Positions 26,754 through 35,010 of a stretch of 64,000 nt of DNA are shown one piece after another (position 1 is the stretch's first letter; each line of letters starts with the position of its first letter). This DNA is from an uncultured Solirubrobacteraceae bacterium. GTDB lineage: Bacteria; Actinomycetota; Thermoleophilia; Solirubrobacterales; Solirubrobacteraceae. The notes below the pieces were generated by a model. It had not been told where the DNA came from. It saw only the letters and a list, made by a program, of their open reading frames with translations, and searched no databases. The stretch covers positions 448,917 through 512,916 of the forward strand of contig CAVYSB010000002.1 of NCBI GenBank assembly GCA_963771085.1. The letters are read 5' to 3'. The position numbers and the translations under genes were made by a program.

Positions 26754-29405
26754 ATGACTGCGGCGAGCATAGGTGCGTCTCGGGGCGGTGGGTACGCGCG
26801 CTACCTGGAGAGCAAGACGGTGGAGCCCGAGCGCGGGGACTACTACCTGACACCCGATGGGGAGATGGCGCAGGCCCCCGGCCGCTGGCTGGCCGATGCC
26901 GAGACCCTGGAGAGGCTCGGGGTTCAGGCCGGCGGGCCGGTGGATGGCGCGGACTTCATCGCGCTGATGGAGGGCCATCACCCAGGCACCGGCCGGTGGC
27001 TTCGTCCGGAGGGCGCCGGCGGCGGCCGGGGCGGCGGGATCGACGTGACGTTCAGCGCACCGAAGTCCGTCTCGACCGTATGGGCGCTCGGCGACCCGTG
27101 GCAGCGCGAGCAGATCGAGCAGGCCCATGCCAGGGCGGTCGAGCAGACCATCCACCATCTGCGAGAGCAGGTGCCCGTCGTGCGGCGTCGCTACAGCGGC
27201 CAGGTCGTGGAAGAGCACGCCAAGGACGTGATCGCCACCGAGTACCGACACACCACCGCCCGCGGAGTCCAGGGCGCCCAGGCCCCAGACCCGCAGCTGC
27301 ACAGTCATGTCGTGATCACCGGCGCTGTCCGCGAGGACGACCGGATTGTGGCGGTCGCGTCGCGGCCGATCTTCCGCTCAGCACGGGAGATGGGCGCGTT
27401 TTACCGCACCGCGCTCGCCGACGAGCTCGTGCGGGAGGGATACACGATCGAGCAGGGCACCGGCAAGGATGGCCGGTACTTCGAGATCGCCGGTGTCCCC
27501 CACGAGCTTTGCCAGGCGTTCTCCGGTCGCTCCCGTGAGGTCGCACGCGCCGCGGAGCGCTTCCGTGCCCGCTACGGCCGGGCACCCGAACGCGGCGAGC
27601 TTCGTAACCTCGCGCTCGAGAACCGCCGGTCCAAGGAGCTGACCACACGCTCTGACCTACAACGAGTGTGGACACAGACCGCTCGCGATCACGGATTCGG
27701 CCCGGATGAGGCGGTGCGACTGATCGGTGCATCCGAGCGGCCAATGGCCGAGCGCGCGATCGAGGATCGGGTCGAGGCGAAGCTGACCGAGCAGCACGCC
27801 GTCTTCCAGGAGCGCGACCTGCGCGCGATCGTGCTGGAGCAGGCCGCCGGGGAGATGGCGCCGGATCAGGCGCTTGCCGTCGCCCGGGAGATGGTCCGCG
27901 ACCGGCGCGTGCTCACGCTGGAGGGCGGACGCATGACCACCCTCGCGGTTCGCGCGCAGGAGCAGGCGATCGAGCGCCGCGCCGCACAGCTCGCCCAACC
28001 CGCAGGCCGAGACGTCGGCCACGTCGCACGCGATAACGCTGCGCGTGAGGCAGCCGAGCGCATCGGCGGACCACTCAGCCCCGAGCAACACCACGCGCTC
28101 GCAGTCCTCACTGGTCCTGAGCGCGCCGCGGTCCTCGTCGGGCCGGCGGGGACCGGCAAGGGTGTGGTGATCGACGCCGCCGCCCGTGCGGAGCAGTACG
28201 CCGGGCGGGAGACGATCGGGGTCGCGGTGTCCGGGTCCACCGCAGAGCGGCTCGGCGCGGACAGCCCTGCGCTCGCCGGGCAGACACTCACTCTGGACTC
28301 GCTGGTAGCCCGCGCGAACACGGGGGCCATCCACGTCGGCAGGGACACAACAGTAATCCTGGACGAGGCGGGGATGGTCGACCACAAGCGCCTCGACGCG
28401 CTGACCGGGCTGGTGGAGCGCTCCGGGGTGAAGCTGATCGCTGTCGGCGACGGCAAGCAGCTCCCCTCGATCGGCCCCGGCGGCATGTTCGACCGGCTCA
28501 CCGGCCACGCACCCAGCGCCGAGCTCGCAGACATCCACCGGACCAAGGACCCCGCCGACCAGCGCACATGGCAAGCACTACGCGCAGGAGAACCCGAGCG
28601 CGCGATGGCGCATTACGTCTCACGCGGCGAGCTTCACCTCTCCGATACCCGCGACCAGGCGGCAGAGCAAGCCGTACAAACATGGGCCACCCTCACGGAG
28701 GGGCGCGATATCCGCGAGGTCGCGTTGATCGCCGACGCCTCCAACCAGGAGATCGACCGGCTCAACGCCCGCGCCCAACACCTACGCGCACAGCGCGGCG
28801 AACTCGGACACCACGAGACCCCGCTACCCGGCGTCCACTACGGCCTACGCGAAGGCGACCTCATCGCCTTCACCGCGCAGCATCGCCCGCGGGGGCAGCC
28901 GCGGGTCGAGAACGGCACCCGTGGACAGGTCAGCGCCATCCACGAGCGAGGCGTGACCGTCACCCTCGACGGATCGCAGCGCAGAGTCCAGCTCGCCGGC
29001 GAGGACGTGGAGTCGCTGAGGCTCGCGTACGCGCAGCATGTCTACCGCCAACAGGGCGCGACCGTCGAGCGCTCCGTTGTCCTGACCGGCGGCTGGCAGA
29101 CCAGCAAGGAGACCGCCTACGTCGAGGCAACCCGCGCCCGACACGGCACCGACTGGTACATCGCCCGCGAGGACCTCGGCGAGGAAGGACAGGACTCCGA
29201 GCGCATCCAACGCCTCGCAGCCAGCATGGGACGAAGTCGCGCGCAAACCCCATCACTCGCGCACCCCGAGCTACCCGACCCGGAATACGGCCGCGGCTAC
29301 ACGCGCCCGATCGCGCCCAGCCGCCGCAGCCGGATACCGGGGATCGCCCGCGCCATCAACCGCATCGCCCAACCCGGTCGAACACCGGAACGTCTAGTTC
29401 GCTGA
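26754..29405 (+). CDS. MOBF-type conjugative relaxase (TrwC/TraA-like) fused to a RecD-like helicase
   Basis: Relaxase motifs: YARYLES...GDYYL, DVTFSAPKSVS and YRHTTARG...DPQLHSHVVI (His triad). Helicase motifs: VGPAGTGKG, VILDEAGMV and LIAVGDGKQLPSIGPGG. Confidence 0.9.
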   Translation: MTAASIGASRGGGYARYLESKTVEPERGDYYLTPDGEMAQAPGRWLADAETLERLGVQAGGPVDGADFIALMEGHHPGTGRWLRPEGAGGGRGGGIDVTFSAPKSVSTVWALGDPWQREQIEQAHARAVEQTIHHLREQVPVVRRRYSGQVVEEHAKDVIATEYRHTTARGVQGAQAPDPQLHSHVVITGAVREDDRIVAVASRPIFRSAREMGAFYRTALADELVREGYTIEQGTGKDGRYFEIAGVPHELCQAFSGRSREVARAAERFRARYGRAPERGELRNLALENRRSKELTTRSDLQRVWTQTARDHGFGPDEAVRLIGASERPMAERAIEDRVEAKLTEQHAVFQERDLRAIVLEQAAGEMAPDQALAVAREMVRDRRVLTLEGGRMTTLAVRAQEQAIERRAAQLAQPAGRDVGHVARDNAAREAAERIGGPLSPEQHHALAVLTGPERAAVLVGPAGTGKGVVIDAAARAEQYAGRETIGVAVSGSTAERLGADSPALAGQTLTLDSLVARANTGAIHVGRDTTVILDEAGMVDHKRLDALTGLVERSGVKLIAVGDGKQLPSIGPGGMFDRLTGHAPSAELADIHRTKDPADQRTWQALRAGEPERAMAHYVSRGELHLSDTRDQAAEQAVQTWATLTEGRDIREVALIADASNQEIDRLNARAQHLRAQRGELGHHETPLPGVHYGLREGDLIAFTAQHRPRGQPRVENGTRGQVSAIHERGVTVTLDGSQRRVQLAGEDVESLRLAYAQHVYRQQGATVERSVVLTGGWQTSKETAYVEATRARHGTDWYIAREDLGEEGQDSERIQRLAASMGRSRAQTPSLAHPELPDPEYGRGYTRPIAPSRRSRIPGIARAINRIAQPGRTPERLVR

Positions 29406-30867
29406 GCGGAGATGCCTCACAAGGTCTTTGGCGAGCTCGCGCTGCATCCTCAGTCCCCTGCGCAGCCTCGGCCCACTCTCTGAGCTGATCAGCCCATGGC
29501 ACCGGAACGCCGACGGCCTCGCTGAAAACCGCCAGCCCACCAAGGAACAGCCTTTCGAAGTGCTCAAGCGCGTCGCGCGCGCCCAGTTCCAGGGCGGCGA
29601 AGACGAGCTGGGCGAAGGTCCAGTAGGCGGTATGAAGCACGTGGAATGAGCTTGGACCCATCGGCTCTTCCGCCATGGCAAGCGGACCCGCGGTCATGCG
29701 TCTGAGCGCTGCGTATTGCTGCTCGAGGATGGGCTGCTCGCCGCGCAGCCGCGGGTGGAACTCCTCGGCGCCGGCGAGACGCTTGACGAGTACTTCGACG
29801 GTGAGCGGATCGCCGTTACGGTCAATGCTCCACCAGAGCTGTTCGGCATATGGGCCAAATTGCTCGCGCAACTCCTGCTCGCGGCCGGCGAGGTCTGAGA
29901 TGTCGTAGGCCGATGCGCTCGCGCCAGGGGCATTTGCGAAGTGAAGGCGCAACGCGTTTCCATGCGCCTTGTGCTGCTCAATCAGCCACTCGGGGTTGTC
30001 CTTGTACAGCACGAGCCAGTGGGCGACCAGCATATCCTCGAACAGGGATTCGGTGAGTGACGCGGCCTGCGCGGTGCGCCCCATCTGTGCCAGGGGAATG
30101 ATCGTCTCGTAGGTGGCGCGGGCGCGGATGAGCGTGGCGACGACGAGCAGTTCGAGGGGCGTCGAAGGCTCCCACGTGCCGTCATCAATGAACTTCGTGA
30201 GGAAGGCGCACACATCAGCGAGCATGTCGAGCATGCCAGGAGCGAGCTGCTCGGCTCCGTCGTCCTGCTGGGACTCGCCGGGCTCGTAGCGTTCGTTCCA
30301 CAGCGCCCCGGGCTCGATATCCGCCGTGGAATGGATCGCCCCCATGTAGGACATGAGCTCGGAGACGTGCACCGGCAGGATGTGGAGCGGCTCGCCGACC
30401 TCGAACCAGCGAAGCGCTTCGCAGCGCCCTGTGTTGCCCGTGCTCGCGATGCCGCGGTGATGGACGATGTCGTTACGCATGCGGTTGATGTCAGCCATTG
30501 CCGCGTCCTTCAGCTCGTTCTTCTCGATTCCGAGCGCCTTTGCGATCAGTGCGCGGTAATGGTCATTCCACTTGGAGGCAACCATGACGATCCACTGCTG
30601 CCCGAGCGCTCGGACGACCGGCCCCTCGGGAGCGAGCCGCTCGGCGAGTGTCCTGATCGGCCAGCGCTGATATGCGAGACCCTCTTGGCTATTGGGGTTC
30701 CCGTGCCCGACGAACAGCGTTGAGTCGGCGCTTGGCGCCTTGAGCGTCCTAGCGAACTCCGCCATCTTGATAATGCCGGTGAGCGCCATCGCGTGGATGC
30801 CGGCGATGTTGTTGAGCTCGTCAATGAACTCGTTCGTGAGCCTGACGGACTGCTCGTTCTCGTCCAT
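29356..30867 (-). CDS. hypothetical protein with a HEPN-type Rx4H motif (N-terminal) and a long helical C-terminal domain
   Basis: 503 aa with clean coding statistics. DINRMRNDIVHHRG (RNDIVH encoded at 30460-30477) fits the HEPN RN-xxx-H signature. The C-terminal half (LIRARATYETIIPLAQMG..FEDMLVAHWLVLYKDNPEWL) is helical and reminiscent of DUF5677/Abi-like domains (from memory). Confidence 0.7.
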   Translation of the reverse strand: MDENEQSVRLTNEFIDELNNIAGIHAMALTGIIKMAEFARTLKAPSADSTLFVGHGNPNSQEGLAYQRWPIRTLAERLAPEGPVVRALGQQWIVMVASKWNDHYRALIAKALGIEKNELKDAAMADINRMRNDIVHHRGIASTGNTGRCEALRWFEVGEPLHILPVHVSELMSYMGAIHSTADIEPGALWNERYEPGESQQDDGAEQLAPGMLDMLADVCAFLTKFIDDGTWEPSTPLELLVVATLIRARATYETIIPLAQMGRTAQAASLTESLFEDMLVAHWLVLYKDNPEWLIEQHKAHGNALRLHFANAPGASASAYDISDLAGREQELREQFGPYAEQLWWSIDRNGDPLTVEVLVKRLAGAEEFHPRLRGEQPILEQQYAALRRMTAGPLAMAEEPMGPSSFHVLHTAYWTFAQLVFAALELGARDALEHFERLFLGGLAVFSEAVGVPVPWADQLREWAEAAQGTEDAARARQRPCEASPLSELDVPVFDRVGRCG

Positions 30868-30968
30868 GTCCCGAGGCTAGCGCGCGCGCCGCGGCGTGAG
30901 AGAGCAGACCTGCATCGGACTGACCTTCGAGTTGCCACCTACGTGACGGTTTGGCCTTCCCGTAAGGT

Positions 30969-32087
30969 TTGGTGGTGGACGCAATCTATCTCCGGCACGG
31001 CAACGAGTTCGTTGCGATGCACGAGCGGCCATATGAGGCTGAGGCCGTGCTACAGGTGCTGTTGGCTGATCACCCGGAGATTCTTGCCGGCGGCGAACCG
31101 GGAGACGAGGGCCACGGCTGGGTGCTGGTCAGGCGTGAGCCGGGGGTGCCGGACGCTGAGGGTGCAGCCGACCGGTGGGCGCTGGATCATCTGTTCTTGG
31201 ATGCAGCGGGCGTGCCAACGCTGGTGGAGGTCAAGCGCAGCTCCGACACTCGTGCCAGGCGTGAGGTGGTCGCGCAGATGCTCGACTACGCGGCGAACGC
31301 GACCGCTTTCTGGAGGGTCGATTCGCTGCAGGCCTGGTTTGAGGCTGAGTGCGAACGTCATGGGACCGACAGCGCCGTCGCGCTCGAGACGGCTTTTGGC
31401 ACGATCGACCCGAGCGGCTATTGGGAGAGGGTGCAAACAAATCTCGCTGCGGATCGGATACGGCTCGTGTTCGTCGCCGACGAGATCGCCCCCGAGCTTC
31501 GCAGCATCGTGGAGTTCCTCAACCGGCAGATGAGCGAGACCGAGGTCCTTGCGATCGAGGTCAAGCAGTACGTAGACACCGAGGGAGAGCGCCAGACGAT
31601 CGTGCCCCGTGTGGTGGGCCAAACCGAGGCAGCGCGCGCGGCAAAGGGCACGCGCTCACGGGCCGGCGGTCCCGCGTTCGACCTGGCGACCGCGCCGGCC
31701 GATGTCCGCGAGCTGATCGAAAAGATGGACCGTCTAGCCGGCGAACTCGGCCTCACGGTCAGATCTGCACGCACGGGACGCAACTACCAGCCGCAAATAT
31801 TGGAGTCGGGCGTCAAATACACAAGTGGTATCGGGGTCTACGCCAGCGGGCGTGGCGCGGAGTTCAACCTCTCGGTCTTCAGGGAACTTGGGGCGAACGA
31901 GGTCGCCGATGGACTCCTGCAGCGCCTCCGTGAGGTCACTGACGTGAAGGTCGATGCGCCCTCCTGGCCAGCCGTCCCGTGCCAAACGCTAGTCGGGGAC
32001 TGGGATCGCGTCCGCTCGCAGCTCATCTTGCCGTATTTTCACGCTCGCCGCGAGCTCTCAGAAGAAGATCGGCAAGCTGGAAGGTGA
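30969..32087 (+). CDS. hypothetical protein with an N-terminal PD-(D/E)xK (NucS/DUF91-like) nuclease-type core
   Basis: 372 aa. VLQVLLADHPEIL...WALDHLFLDAAGVPTLVEVKRSSD..REVVAQMLDYA (D..D..EVK encoded at 31185-31235) is followed by IRLVFVADEIAPELRSIVEFLN. The C-terminal ~150 aa are unassigned. GTG start is uncertain. Confidence 0.65.
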   Translation: MVVDAIYLRHGNEFVAMHERPYEAEAVLQVLLADHPEILAGGEPGDEGHGWVLVRREPGVPDAEGAADRWALDHLFLDAAGVPTLVEVKRSSDTRARREVVAQMLDYAANATAFWRVDSLQAWFEAECERHGTDSAVALETAFGTIDPSGYWERVQTNLAADRIRLVFVADEIAPELRSIVEFLNRQMSETEVLAIEVKQYVDTEGERQTIVPRVVGQTEAARAAKGTRSRAGGPAFDLATAPADVRELIEKMDRLAGELGLTVRSARTGRNYQPQILESGVKYTSGIGVYASGRGAEFNLSVFRELGANEVADGLLQRLREVTDVKVDAPSWPAVPCQTLVGDWDRVRSQLILPYFHARRELSEEDRQAGR

Positions 32088-32163
32088 CGGATCGCGAGGA
32101 CCGAGCAACCCACCAGCGCGACCGCCGTGCGGTAGAGCCGGGCACCGGCTGGTCGGGCTTTGA

Positions 32164-33096
32164 TCATTCTGGCACTTCAATCGTGTAGCCCCCGGGTGTC
32201 CGACACACATGGACTATGCCGCCTTCAATGTGCAGCACAGCAGGCGTGTCGCCAAGCGCTCGACAGTTGCCTTCCCACTGTTTGAGACGTTCGCGTTCTT
32301 CGCGTTCCAGCTGGCGTTGCCCTTCTCGGAACTGGCGTTCGTTGTCTTCGCGCTCTACCTGAACCGCGTGCCGCAGGAAGCGGCAGCGAACTGTTGTAAC
32401 CGGCCGGAATGTGCCCCGCCTGATGAGCGTCTTGCCGACGTTGCTACGAGCCGATACGGTGAAGTGATAGGTGCTGCCGGGGCGGCTGCAGGTCCACGGG
32501 ATCCGCAACGTCCATGCCGGTTCTTCTCGCTGTAGCTCAAGGTGTTCCGTACGATGTCCGTATCGCACAAGCTGGATCGTGAGGTAGGCGAATGACACAG
32601 CCGTAATGCGGAGCGTCGTGTAGCCCGGACGGCGGAAGGCCCCATCGCACGCTTGTCTGCACGTTGCCGCGTGCGGAACAGCCGTCACGGACAGATTTCT
32701 TATCGGTTCGCTGAGGGCCTTTGTCCTGGCTTCGCCTTCTTCTGCCCGGAGACGGGCTTCATCCGCAGCGCCGATTTCTTTCCGGGCTGTTTCGACAGCA
32801 GGCGGCGGACCGCAGAGACTCTCGTCCAGTCCTTCGGATTCGAAGGAGGTTTTGGTCTCGTCTGCGACTTCGATCCATTCTCGGCAGGTGAGTCCTGCGC
32901 AAGACTTTCCCCATTCGGACGGGAACGACGCCTTCTCGGACGCTTCAACCGCTCCTCGACACGCCGTCTGGTCTGAGGCTGCTCCCGCAGGCAGGGCTGC
33001 GAGCGCGGCAAGAGCCGCGATGGCCGCCATGACCAACTTGTTCGGGATCCATCGACGGCGCTCGCGTCGGACGCGGTTCGGTGTCATTGGCGTCAT
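32164..33096 (-). CDS. secreted Cys-rich hypothetical protein
   Basis: Signal peptide (LVMAAIAALAALAALPAGAAS), a charged coiled segment and about 10 Cys. This is the lowest-GC part of the island. No family recognised. Confidence 0.55.
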   Translation of the reverse strand: MTPMTPNRVRRERRRWIPNKLVMAAIAALAALAALPAGAASDQTACRGAVEASEKASFPSEWGKSCAGLTCREWIEVADETKTSFESEGLDESLCGPPPAVETARKEIGAADEARLRAEEGEARTKALSEPIRNLSVTAVPHAATCRQACDGAFRRPGYTTLRITAVSFAYLTIQLVRYGHRTEHLELQREEPAWTLRIPWTCSRPGSTYHFTVSARSNVGKTLIRRGTFRPVTTVRCRFLRHAVQVEREDNERQFREGQRQLEREERERLKQWEGNCRALGDTPAVLHIEGGIVHVCRTPGGYTIEVPE

Positions 33097-33182
33097 TCCC
33101 TCCCGTACTGGTTGCCGGACGGTGGAGGTCGCCCTCCAGGCCAGTCTCGATCTTATCCTTCACTCATCGCCTTTGGCCATGA

Positions 33183-33401
33183 GGTCCGCGAGACGCGAGC
33201 CTTGCCGCCGGCATGGCGACGCCCGACGAGACACAGCGCAAGGTCATGAATCTCTTTCAGGGTGCCTACGCCGTGTTGCGCACTCCGGCCGGGCACCGCG
33301 AGGTTGACTACGACGATGTCACCGAGACATCAGAGGCAGTCGCAACTGCAAGCCTGCTCATGCGTATCCTTGATCGAGTCGAGCAGCGCCTTTCTCGCTG
33401 A
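33183..33401 (+). pseudogene. C-terminal fragment of a TIGR02391/Ymh-type (HEPN-clan) protein
   Basis: NLFQGAYAVLRTPAGHREVDYDD..EAVATASLLMRILDRV matches the family C-terminus (f.Ga...iRNp.aH......eA......asllLr.ld). The frame is closed by a TGA at 33180-33182, so only about 70 aa remain. Confidence 0.5.
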
Positions 33402-33897
33402 CGATCACACGCCGGCTCGCCTCGGTCGCGTCTGCCAGCAGACCGGTGTGGGATCTACAGGCTTCGCACCGTAGGCGGGACTTGGACCAGAATTAGGTCG
33501 GGGGTGCCTCGGCCTAACGAAAGCCCACTGGAGGTCGAGCGGCCTCGCGCGCGGCGTCGATCTCCTTTGCCGTGATGTTCTGATCGAGTGCGATCGCTTC
33601 GATCAGACCCCCGGCGTAACCTCCGAGCTGACGCAGCAGGACGGCTGCTGTCCTCGCCACCGGCTGGTTGTGAAGGGCGATCTGAGGAATATGGACTACT
33701 CGCAGGTTAACTCCGACGATTAGGGAAATCTTGGAGAAATCCTGAGCGCCCTCGCCTTCGTCGTTTCAGGCGAGCGAAAGACGTCGTAGGCGCCCTCGCC
33801 GCCATCGAACTCGCTCAGATCACTCACGCCGAGTCCAACCATTGCCGTGCCTTCGCCCCATCAGAGGGAAATCGAGCCGGGTGGACGGGCACCCGGG

Positions 33898-34230
33898 CTA
33901 TGCCGCGTGAACCACGACCGGCGGAGCGCCGTTCGCCTCGGCCGCCGGGATCAGGTGGTACTGCACGACGAAGCCAAGGCTCTCCGCGTAGCGATCGACG
34001 GTCGAGATCTTCGCATCGGCCGCTGTGCTCTCCAGGCGCGCGACGAAGGACTGCGAGGTCTCCATCGCCGCGGCGATCACGGTCTGCGAGCGCTTCTGCT
34101 CCTCACGCTGCCCGGCCAGAGCACGCAGCAACTCACGCCGCCGGCGAGCGGCATCCAGCAGCCGCGGAAACTCGGGGTTTCGCGCGGCGCGCTTGTCGAT
34201 CATCTTGTCTAGGAAGTCGCGCTCGGGCAT
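33898..34230 (-). CDS. XRE-family HTH antitoxin (HigA-like)
   Basis: RSQTVIAAAMETSQSFVARLESTAADAKISTVDRYAESLGF is an XRE HTH. It lies immediately downstream of the RelE/HigB-like gene. Confidence 0.75.
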   Translation of the reverse strand: MPERDFLDKMIDKRAARNPEFPRLLDAARRRRELLRALAGQREEQKRSQTVIAAAMETSQSFVARLESTAADAKISTVDRYAESLGFVVQYHLIPAAEANGAPPVVVHAA

Positions 34231-34304
34231 GGGCCTTGCCTACTCTCTGAATGGGCATCGATACCTACAGCGGTATCTCTTTTGAGAGATAAGAGTAGCA
34301 CCTC

Positions 34305-34746
34305 TCACTGATGCAGCGGACGCCTGCCGCGCGCAACGCGCTTCTGATCCCCACGCCGCCGCCAATCCGCAAGACGTCTCTTCGCCAGCTCGATAGTGGC
34401 CGGGGGCGTCTTCTGCGTCTTCTTGTTGAACCCGTCCAAGCGCCAGCAGGATCTGTCCGCGGCTGCCTTCCTCCGCAAGCAGGATGCGGTAGATGACCCG
34501 ATCGCCGTCCACTCTGACCTCCCAGATGTCGCCGTCAAGATGACGGGCGGCTCGCAGGCCCCGATCGCGAACCTCCTCCATGCCCGCAAGCACGGCCGCC
34601 GCATCGGAATCGGAGAGCTTGTCGATGAACCCTTCGACCGGACTACGACCCGATGGGGTCTTGTAGTCGCGCCAGCGCCGCCGAATCGGAGGCGGCCCAC
34701 CGGCAGCAGAGTCGGTCTTCTCCCTGGATCGCTTCGCTGGAGCCAT
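34305..34746 (-). pseudogene. frameshifted RelE/ParE-superfamily toxin (HigB / phage Gp49-like)
   Basis: The N-terminal part (PSGRSPVEGFIDKL...IWEVRVDGDRVIYRILLAEEGSRGQILLAL) is in one frame. The conserved tail GFNKKTQKTPPATIELAKRRLADW is in another frame (ORF 34305..34922). The frame switch lies near 34435-34440. Confidence 0.75.
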
Positions 34747-34864
34747 CGAACGAGCTTATGCAGCGCCTCGGACCGAGCACTCTTGGTCAACAGGACTGGC
34801 CCAAATCCTGGCCCGAGCAACCCCTTGAAACGCAAAACGCCCCGTAAACACGGGGCGCAAGCGA

Positions 34865-34886
34865 ACTCCGGGACAGGGACTCGAAC
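34865..34886. repeat. proximal att copy (inside tRNA-Gln)
   Basis: ACTCCGGGACAGGGACTCGAAC, identical to 24666-24687. Confidence 0.9.
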
Positions 34887-34937
34887 CCCAAACTCGTGCT
34901 CCAGAGGCACGCGTGTTGCCAATTACACCATCCCGGA
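34866..34937 (-). tRNA. tRNA-Gln (anticodon CTG)
   Basis: The reverse complement TCCGGGATGGTGTAATTGGCAACACGCGTGCCTCTGGAGCACGAGTTTGGGGTTCGAGTCCCTGTCCCGGAG folds as a cloverleaf with anticodon loop CTCTGGA. CCA is not encoded. Confidence 0.88.
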
Positions 34938-35010
34938 TCGAAGCCCAAGGATAGTCAACCGCGGGGCTGCACCCGGCCATCGGCCCGGGGGCCGGCGCCG
35001 GGAGCGCCGC

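Larger units (their letters stand above)
24666..34886. mobile_element. tRNA-Gln-associated integrative (mobilizable) element, about 10.2 kb
   Basis: Bounded by 22-bp direct repeats. Contains a tyrosine integrase, a Xis-like HTH protein, a MOBF relaxase, lower-GC cargo and TA remnants. Confidence 0.85.
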
